Origin: Candidatus Multivoradales bacterium
GTDB taxonomy: Bacteria; Acidobacteriota; Thermoanaerobaculia; Multivoradales; JAHEKO01
Assembly (NCBI GenBank): GCA_965248055.1
Contig: CBDFIJ010000004.1
Location: 576,001-640,000 of the forward strand
Direction: 5' to 3'
DNA length: 64,000 bases
The notes under the pieces were generated by a model. It was not told the DNA's origin, ran no database searches, and worked only from the letters and a program-made list of their open reading frames with translations. Positions 57,802 to 64,000 of this stretch are shown here, in pieces (position 1 is the first letter of the stretch; each line of letters opens with the position of its first letter). The translations under genes and the position numbers were made by a program.

Positions 57802-59637
57802 ATGCGTACCTCGAGCCGATTGATGACCTACTTGCGTCCGTACGCAGGGCGCATTTTTCTGGCGGTGTTTTTGGTGTTTCTGGCGGGAGCGTTGGCGGCG
57901 GTAGCGATTTCTGCGGTCAAGCCTTTGGTCAACGATGTGCTGGGTGTGGGAAGTACCGAGGCTGGGGTCGAGGATGGCTTCAATGTCCTGAATTGGATTA
58001 CCGCTCGAATTCCAGCCGGTTTGGCGGCACAGGCGACCGCTAGGCCGTATCTCGCGGTACCCGCGATCATTGGCCTTTCGTTCCTGATCCGCGCGCTCTT
58101 CCTGTTCTTTGGCAACTACATCTTGGCTGCGACCGGTGCCGCGCTGACTCGCGATCTACGCACCGATTTGTTTGAAAGCATCCTTTACCAATCACAGAGC
58201 TTTTTCGGGCGGTACCACAGTGGTGGATTGTTGACTCGATTGCTGACCGACATCCAGAAAATCCAAAAGGTTGTCGCCAGCGACATTCCCAATGCCATCC
58301 GGGTGTTGGGAACCATCCCGTTCATGTTCATCGTCATCTTGTGGCACGACTGGCGCATGTCGTTGTTGACGGTGCTGGTCTTGGGCTCAATGATCATTCC
58401 CTTCATTGCCTTGAGCAAGCGCCTGCGGCGGGTCTCTCGTTCTAGTCAGAATGCGACTGCCGAGGCTTCCCATTTGGCCAGCGAGGCGATCCACGGCATC
58501 AATGTGGTGCAAGCCTTCGGCATGGAAACCTTTGAGTTGGATCGCTTCCGTGGTGCGCTCAAATCCCTGTTCAAGATCGACCTCAAAGCGGCTCGCGCGG
58601 CAGCACTGGCCCCGTCGATGCTCGAAGTGGTCGGGGCCTTGGCTGGCTCAGCGCTGTTTCTGTTCGCCGGGTGGGGGGTTTCTCGCGGCGAGGTCGACCC
58701 GGGGGATTTTGGAGTGGTGGTTGGCGCTCTGGGGATGTTGTTTGCCTCCTTTCGGGTTCTGACCCGCGCCAACACCGAACTGCAGACCGCTCTGGCCTCG
58801 GGAGATAGGGTGTTTGAGGTCTTGGAAATCAAGCCCGAGGTCAGCGATCGACCAGACGCTGCAACCGTGGACCGCTTCCACAACGCACTGCATTTTCGCG
58901 ATGTTTCTTTCTCCTATCCGGACGAGGACAACAATGCAAAGCCGGTGCTCACAGGCATCGACCTGGAGGTTCGCAAGGGAGAGGTGATCGCCTTGGTGGG
59001 CCGCTCTGGAGCCGGAAAAACCACTTTGATGAGCATGGTTCCACGGTTCTTTGATCCGGTAGACGGTCAAGTGACCTTGGATGGAACCGATCTCCGCGAC
59101 CTCAGCCTCAAGTCACTCCGCTCCTTGATCGCCATCGTTACCCAAGAAACCGTTCTGTTTGACGCCAGCGTCGAACAAAACATCGCCTACGGCAAGGCTC
59201 ACGACCCTGCACGCATCGAAGCTGCATCGATTGCCGCCCATGCGCACGGATTCATCCAAGAGCTCTCGAACGGTTATGCCACAGTGCTCGGTGAGGGCGG
59301 TTCGCGGCTTTCCGCGGGCCAACGACAGCGGATCGCGATCGCCCGCGCAATTCTCAAGGATCCTGAGATCTTGCTGCTCGACGAACCGACCTCAGCCCTC
59401 GATGCGGAATCAGAAGCCAAGGTCCAGGAGGCATTGGATCGGCTGATGGAGGGTCGCACCTGTCTAGTGATCGCCCATCGATTGTCGACAGTCAAGCGTG
59501 CGGACCGGATCTTGGTCCTGGAACAAGGGCAAGTGGTCGAACAAGGAACTCACGATCAACTCTTGGCGCAATCTGGTGCCTATGCGCGGCTGCACAAACT
59601 CCAGTTTGCCCTCAAAGACGAAGCATGGAGCCCCTGA
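57802..59637 (+). CDS. MsbA-like ABC exporter (fused permease and ATPase)
   Basis: 6-TM domain, GRSGAGKT, LSAGQRQRIAIAR, LLDEPTSALD. Confidence 0.92.
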   Translation: MRTSSRLMTYLRPYAGRIFLAVFLVFLAGALAAVAISAVKPLVNDVLGVGSTEAGVEDGFNVLNWITARIPAGLAAQATARPYLAVPAIIGLSFLIRALFLFFGNYILAATGAALTRDLRTDLFESILYQSQSFFGRYHSGGLLTRLLTDIQKIQKVVASDIPNAIRVLGTIPFMFIVILWHDWRMSLLTVLVLGSMIIPFIALSKRLRRVSRSSQNATAEASHLASEAIHGINVVQAFGMETFELDRFRGALKSLFKIDLKAARAAALAPSMLEVVGALAGSALFLFAGWGVSRGEVDPGDFGVVVGALGMLFASFRVLTRANTELQTALASGDRVFEVLEIKPEVSDRPDAATVDRFHNALHFRDVSFSYPDEDNNAKPVLTGIDLEVRKGEVIALVGRSGAGKTTLMSMVPRFFDPVDGQVTLDGTDLRDLSLKSLRSLIAIVTQETVLFDASVEQNIAYGKAHDPARIEAASIAAHAHGFIQELSNGYATVLGEGGSRLSAGQRQRIAIARAILKDPEILLLDEPTSALDAESEAKVQEALDRLMEGRTCLVIAHRLSTVKRADRILVLEQGQVVEQGTHDQLLAQSGAYARLHKLQFALKDEAWSP

Positions 59638-59739
59638 GATCCGCCCCAAAGCAGACTTGCACCACCAACAGCTAGACAGCCGGTTCAAACCAGCAGAGAA
59701 AACCACCGGCGAGGCGGCCTCCAGGGTAGACTTCGCGGC

Positions 59740-60363
59740 GTGATGACCGTCGACACCACTTCTCCAAGTTCAGCCACTCCCACGCCTTCTTCCAAGGAGC
59801 GAGGACGTCGCTGGGCGCACCTGCGAGACAGCTTGCGTCAGACCCTCGGATTGGTGATGGTTGGGGTGTGGACCGCGCTGGGCACTCCGAAGCCTGTTTG
59901 GTGGCACGTCGGTGCGGTGTTGGCGGTGATCGGCATCCTGATTCGTCTCTGGGCCTCCGGGCACATTAGGAAGAACAAAGCACTAGCCACCGATGGCCCC
60001 TATGGCCACGTGCGTCATCCGCTTTACCTCGGCAACTTTCTGATTGCCGTCGGTTTCGCCTCGGCCAGCGGCCTATGGTGGGCGTGGTTGATGCTGGTGA
60101 TCTTCTGGCTGATTTTCTATCCCAACGCCATCTCGGACGAAGACAGCAAGCTGGAGCGCCTGTTTGCCGGCCCCTGGCGCAGCTGGGCCGCGCAAACCAA
60201 GGCCTTGATTCCCCGACTGTCTGCCTATCGTGCGGACGGCCAAGGTGAAGCGGCAGTAGGATCTTCTTGGTCCCTCGCGCAAAGCCTACGCAGCAATGGC
60301 GAACCGGTGATCGTGGTTCTGTTGTTTGGTTGCCTATACCTACTGCACCGGTGGTTAGCCTAG
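59740..60363 (+). CDS. Isoprenylcysteine carboxylmethyltransferase/PEMT family membrane protein
   Basis: LATDGPYGHVRHPLYLGN. Confidence 0.85.
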   Translation: MMTVDTTSPSSATPTPSSKERGRRWAHLRDSLRQTLGLVMVGVWTALGTPKPVWWHVGAVLAVIGILIRLWASGHIRKNKALATDGPYGHVRHPLYLGNFLIAVGFASASGLWWAWLMLVIFWLIFYPNAISDEDSKLERLFAGPWRSWAAQTKALIPRLSAYRADGQGEAAVGSSWSLAQSLRSNGEPVIVVLLFGCLYLLHRWLA

Positions 60364-60380
60364 ATTCTGCGGGGCCTGAA

Positions 60381-61178
60381 TTGCCGCCTGAATTGGGCCC
60401 TGAGCCGTGCCTCGACCCACTGTCCTCCTTCCCCACTGACGAGAAATTGCGGACTTGGATTGGTGCTCGCTTGGCCGATGGTAGGTCGCGCGTCACCGGG
60501 GCGCGTGCTTACAGCAGCGCGGTCTTTCGCTATGACTATGACGAGGGTGCTTTGGCGATCAAGACCCCGGTTGGAGGTTTCTGGCAGCGCCAGTTACTGC
60601 GCCGCGAACTGCGCGCCTACCAAGCCTTGCAGGGGATCGATGGATTGGTTCGCTGTCACCAACTCCTCGACGGGCAGTGGCTGATCCTGGACTGGCAAGA
60701 AGCCACGCCATTTCGCTTTGCAGAAATTGGTGATCACGAGCTTTTCTTCCAACGTCTACGCACCATCCTCGATGAAATGCACCGACGTGGGGTCGCCCAC
60801 GGCGATCTCAAGAAGAAAGAGAATTTGTTGGTCGCCCCTGGAGATCAACCGATCGTCTTGGACCTGGGCACTGCCGTTCTTCGTGGACGCGGCTTGGGTC
60901 TTCTGGTGTTCGGATGGCTCAAACGGGTCGATAACAACGCCTGGCTGAAACTTAAGTATCAGGGAGACTTCAGTAGCCTCAGTAAACAGGATCGGCGCTA
61001 CTTTCGGCCCACGCTTCTAGAACGGCTGGGCCGTCGCCTGAGAACTCCCGATCAATTGCCCGAAGGCCGCGATCGAGAGCACCCCCAGGTGTCTCAAGGA
61101 GCTGGGCCGACCGGTACCGAGACTTCCAGCCGATTTCGCCGCACCAATGGGTCAGAGAGTTTGCCGGGAGATGATTAA
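60381..61178 (+). CDS. Kdo/WaaP/RIO-like small-molecule kinase
   Basis: AIK, RELRAY, MHRRGVAHGDLKKKENLL, VLDLG. Start uncertain. Confidence 0.7.
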   Translation: MPPELGPEPCLDPLSSFPTDEKLRTWIGARLADGRSRVTGARAYSSAVFRYDYDEGALAIKTPVGGFWQRQLLRRELRAYQALQGIDGLVRCHQLLDGQWLILDWQEATPFRFAEIGDHELFFQRLRTILDEMHRRGVAHGDLKKKENLLVAPGDQPIVLDLGTAVLRGRGLGLLVFGWLKRVDNNAWLKLKYQGDFSSLSKQDRRYFRPTLLERLGRRLRTPDQLPEGRDREHPQVSQGAGPTGTETSSRFRRTNGSESLPGDD

Positions 61179-61698
61179 TTTGTCTGACTACCAAAAACAG
61201 GAACGGACTCTGCGTGAGCTACGCGACAGCATTTCTGCCGACATGGCGAGGGTGGACGACGACCGATTCAACCGCATCCCAGAGGATGGCGGGTGGTCTG
61301 CTGCACAAACTCTGTCGCACGTGATCGGCGCCGAACGCAAGAGCTTGGCCTACCTGCAGAAGAAGATTCAAAAACCGGAAGCGATTCAAGAGGCAGGACT
61401 AATCGCCGCGATCAAGAGTGGTCTATTAACGCTTGCCATGGCCTGTCCCGTCAAGATCAAGGCACCGCCGGGGAGCCCTGAGATCGTCCAGCAGGCTTCG
61501 TCCGCTGAGCTGGATGCTGAGTGGACCGCAGTACGCGATAACTGGCACCAATTCCTCATCGCCTATCCACGAGAGTACGCCGACAAAGCGATCTATCGCC
61601 ATCCGATCATGGGTCGTTTGACGCTCGATCAAATGCTGACCTTTCTCGCCAATCATCTACGGCGCCACAGTGGTCAGATTCGACGGGCGCTGGAGTAA
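61171..61698 (+). CDS. DinB-family protein
   Basis: GGWSAAQTLSHV, HPIMGRL, HLRRH His triad. Confidence 0.85.
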   Translation: MINLSDYQKQERTLRELRDSISADMARVDDDRFNRIPEDGGWSAAQTLSHVIGAERKSLAYLQKKIQKPEAIQEAGLIAAIKSGLLTLAMACPVKIKAPPGSPEIVQQASSAELDAEWTAVRDNWHQFLIAYPREYADKAIYRHPIMGRLTLDQMLTFLANHLRRHSGQIRRALE

Positions 61699-61738
61699 GA
61701 CCGATTGGCCGTTGGGGTAGCGTTGGATTGAGCCGTGC

Positions 61739-61924
61739 AGATCCCGGCCCCCCACCCTCACACCCGCCGGGATGACGTATGTCTGTACCGCGCGGATGAC
61801 GTAGGTGGTCTAGCGGGGATGACGGCGGATGGCGGAGGCGGTATTCCAAGTACTAAGGCGGACCACCGCGATGATGCAACTATCGTCATCCCCGAAGGTC
61901 GGGGGTCCTGGGGGTCGGGGATCT
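61739..61924. repeat. REPIN-like inverted pair of AGATCCC...GGGATGAC elements with internal GGATGAC copies
   Basis: 61739-61778 forward and 61883-61924 reverse; same family as 19636-19677. Confidence 0.65.
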
Positions 61925-62048
61925 TTCAAACGTAGCGATCACCCTGGATAATGGAACGGACAGCTCCCTGGGCCTCCGAGCTCATCACCGCCTCGCAGGA
62001 TTCTCTACTGGGGCCGGGCTAGATCTCCCGGAGCAAACATTCTGTAGG

Positions 62049-62435
62049 CTACAAAGCAGCCAGGACCCGATCCAATCGCTCGGTGGCTTCTTGGGCCACC
62101 GCTGCCATCTCGTCGCTGCCGGTCAACTCGACCATGATCGCCGGATCGATGATCGAGACCACCGCTCCCTCTCCTTCTTCATAGACGATCACGTTACAGG
62201 GCAGCAACAAGCCGATATTCAACTCGCTGTTCAACGCTCGGTTGGCGAGATGCGGGTTACAGGCGCCCAGAATGATGTAGCGGCGAAAGTCGGCGTCGAT
62301 CTTTTTCTTCAAGGTTGCCTTGACGTCAATTTCGGTGAGAACACCAAAGCCCTCATCCGCGAGCGCGGCGGTCACTTTCTCCACCGCGTCGTCATAGGAC
62401 TCAATGAGCGGCTTACTGCTGCCATACGGTTTCAT
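62049..62435 (-). CDS. DUF302 domain protein
   Basis: GFGVLTEIDV, ILGACNP, IGLLLPCNV. Confidence 0.9.
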   Translation of the reverse strand: MKPYGSSKPLIESYDDAVEKVTAALADEGFGVLTEIDVKATLKKKIDADFRRYIILGACNPHLANRALNSELNIGLLLPCNVIVYEEGEGAVVSIIDPAIMVELTGSDEMAAVAQEATERLDRVLAAL

Positions 62436-62579
62436 CCTGGGACTCCATCTCGGTTAATTGGTTGTTGCCATAGCACTCGTTATCCCTGGCGAGAGTAATC
62501 AAGCGACCGGCCCAAGATGCGCGTCGCCTCCCGCGGTGGGTGGCCGGAGGAGATTTCCACATTGTGGCTCTCCACCCGC

Positions 62580-64000
62580 TTAAACCAAGTCAGCGTCGGT
62601 GATCACTTCCACCAAAGCGGGGCCAGGATGGGCCAGCGCGTCCTGCAACGCATCATCCAGCTGGTCCCGTTCAGTAACCCGAACCCCCTTGGCTCCGCAC
62701 AGCTCGGCGTAGTCCGCGAAGTTGGGATTGTGCAATTCGGTCTGCCAGACGTCCCAATTCCCCGACCGCTGCTCTTTGGAAATTTTGCCCAATTCACCGT
62801 TGTTGAGCAGCAGGTGGGTGATGTTCATCCGGTATTTGACCGCCGTGGTCAACTCCGCCAAATACTGACCAAACCCGCCGTCCCCAGAGATCGAGACCAC
62901 CGGGCGACCGGTGAACGGCGTGTCTGGCTCCTGGGTCGCAGCCCAAGCGCCCATCGCCGCAGGAAACCCGAAGCCGATCGAGCCCAAGTATCCCGACATC
63001 AGCACCGCTTGCTGGTGGCATTCAAAGTAGCGACCAAAGGAATAAGTGTTATTGCCAACGTCGACGGCAATGATCGCATCGGCTGGCGCTACCCTATTCA
63101 TCGCGTCAAAAACCGCTGACGAGGAAATCCCTTTCCCGCGCTCCTCCCCCAGGCGCCGCTCTTTCTCGCGGCGCCAAATCGCCCAGCGCTCGGTAACTTC
63201 AGGGGTTTGATCAACGGTTGCAACCGGGTTGGCCTGGACGCGGTCGGTCAAGGCTCTGGCAGTCACGCCGATCTCTCCCCATAGCGGCACCGCGACCGGA
63301 TGGAATTTGCCCAAGATCATAGGATCGCGATCGACTTGCACGATCGGTCGTTTGGCGGTGATACCCGTGTGATTGGAGAAGCTGGCACCAAATACCAACA
63401 ACGCATCCGACTCGTTCATGAACCAACTAGCGATCGGCGTGCCGCTGCGCCCCAACACACCACAACCCAATGGATGATGATCCGAGATCAGTCCCTTGCC
63501 CTTGAAGGTGGTTAAGACCGGGCATCTAAGTTCGGTTGCCAACGCAATCACCGAATCCATCTCGAAACGAGCGCCATGGCCCACCACGATCACCGGACGC
63601 TTGGCGCTGCGGATCAACTCCATTGCCTGTTCGAGGGCGGCCTCAGGCGGCGCGATGGTTTGATTCGGCAGTCGGCCTTCCGGGCCCCCTGGCTCCTTCT
63701 TGTCCCCAACCACCACGTTCTGCACTTCATCCGGAAACACCAAGTGCGAAACACCGCGGTTGAGAATCGCACTCTTGGTGGCCAAGTTGACCAACTCCGC
63801 GTGCCTTGACGTCGACAACACGGTCTGGCCCCACTGAGCGACCTTGCCGAATGCCGCCATCAGATCTACCTCTTGGAAGGCGCCTGGCCCCAGCACTTGG
63901 GTGTCCACTTGGCCAGTCAGCGCCAAGACCGGCGAACGGTCGACGTTGGCGTCCCACAGCCCGGTCAACAGGTTGGTCGCCCCCGGTCCGGCAATCGAAA
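62580..64000 (-). CDS. TPP-binding enzyme (pyruvate oxidase/acetolactate synthase-like), 5' end outside the window
   Basis: SIAGPGATNLLTG, GDGGFGQ...NNGELG TPP motif; frame open to the window edge. Confidence 0.9.
   Translation of the reverse strand, partial: SIAGPGATNLLTGLWDANVDRSPVLALTGQVDTQVLGPGAFQEVDLMAAFGKVAQWGQTVLSTSRHAELVNLATKSAILNRGVSHLVFPDEVQNVVVGDKKEPGGPEGRLPNQTIAPPEAALEQAMELIRSAKRPVIVVGHGARFEMDSVIALATELRCPVLTTFKGKGLISDHHPLGCGVLGRSGTPIASWFMNESDALLVFGASFSNHTGITAKRPIVQVDRDPMILGKFHPVAVPLWGEIGVTARALTDRVQANPVATVDQTPEVTERWAIWRREKERRLGEERGKGISSSAVFDAMNRVAPADAIIAVDVGNNTYSFGRYFECHQQAVLMSGYLGSIGFGFPAAMGAWAATQEPDTPFTGRPVVSISGDGGFGQYLAELTTAVKYRMNITHLLLNNGELGKISKEQRSGNWDVWQTELHNPNFADYAELCGAKGVRVTERDQLDDALQDALAHPGPALVEVITDADLV

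Overview
GC-rich bacterial chromosomal segment. The gene content (minor-pilin cluster, CRTAC1/ASPIC-TPR protein, ECF sigma plus Ser/Thr kinase, multiheme cytochrome) suggests an Acidobacteriota- or Planctomycetota-like organism; this is an inference only. Left to right: (1) a type IV pilus minor-pilin/adhesin operon (fimT frameshifted, pilV, pilW, pilX, partial pilY1); (2) housekeeping and heat-shock genes (hemW, lepA, cbpA-clpB, an internally deleted hsp20); (3) a membrane multiheme cytochrome c paired with a CRTAC1-TPR protein; (4) an hcrCAB-like molybdoenzyme; (5) a ~21 kb accessory island (about 25.45-46.3 kb); (6) a cyanophycin operon iadA-cphB-cphA plus a CphA-derived Mur ligase lacking the ATP-grasp domain; (7) an ECF/STK pair with unusual motifs; (8) an MsbA-like ABC, methyltransferase, kinase and DinB run, DUF302 and a partial TPP enzyme. 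The island is bracketed by two displaced ychF 3'-end fragments and IS256 elements. It encodes a candidate aromatic ester/(di)carboxylate catabolic system: DASS transporter, PaaK-like CoA ligase, two UbiD enzymes (one lacking the catalytic glutamates), SAM methyltransferase, UbiX, OsmC-like protein, TonB receptor, Tat-signal TPP decarboxylase, tannase/MHETase-family esterase and ALDH. Several REP-like repeat families and a truncated RAYT are present. No rRNA, tRNA or CRISPR array was recognised. All calls come from manual motif reading, not database searches.
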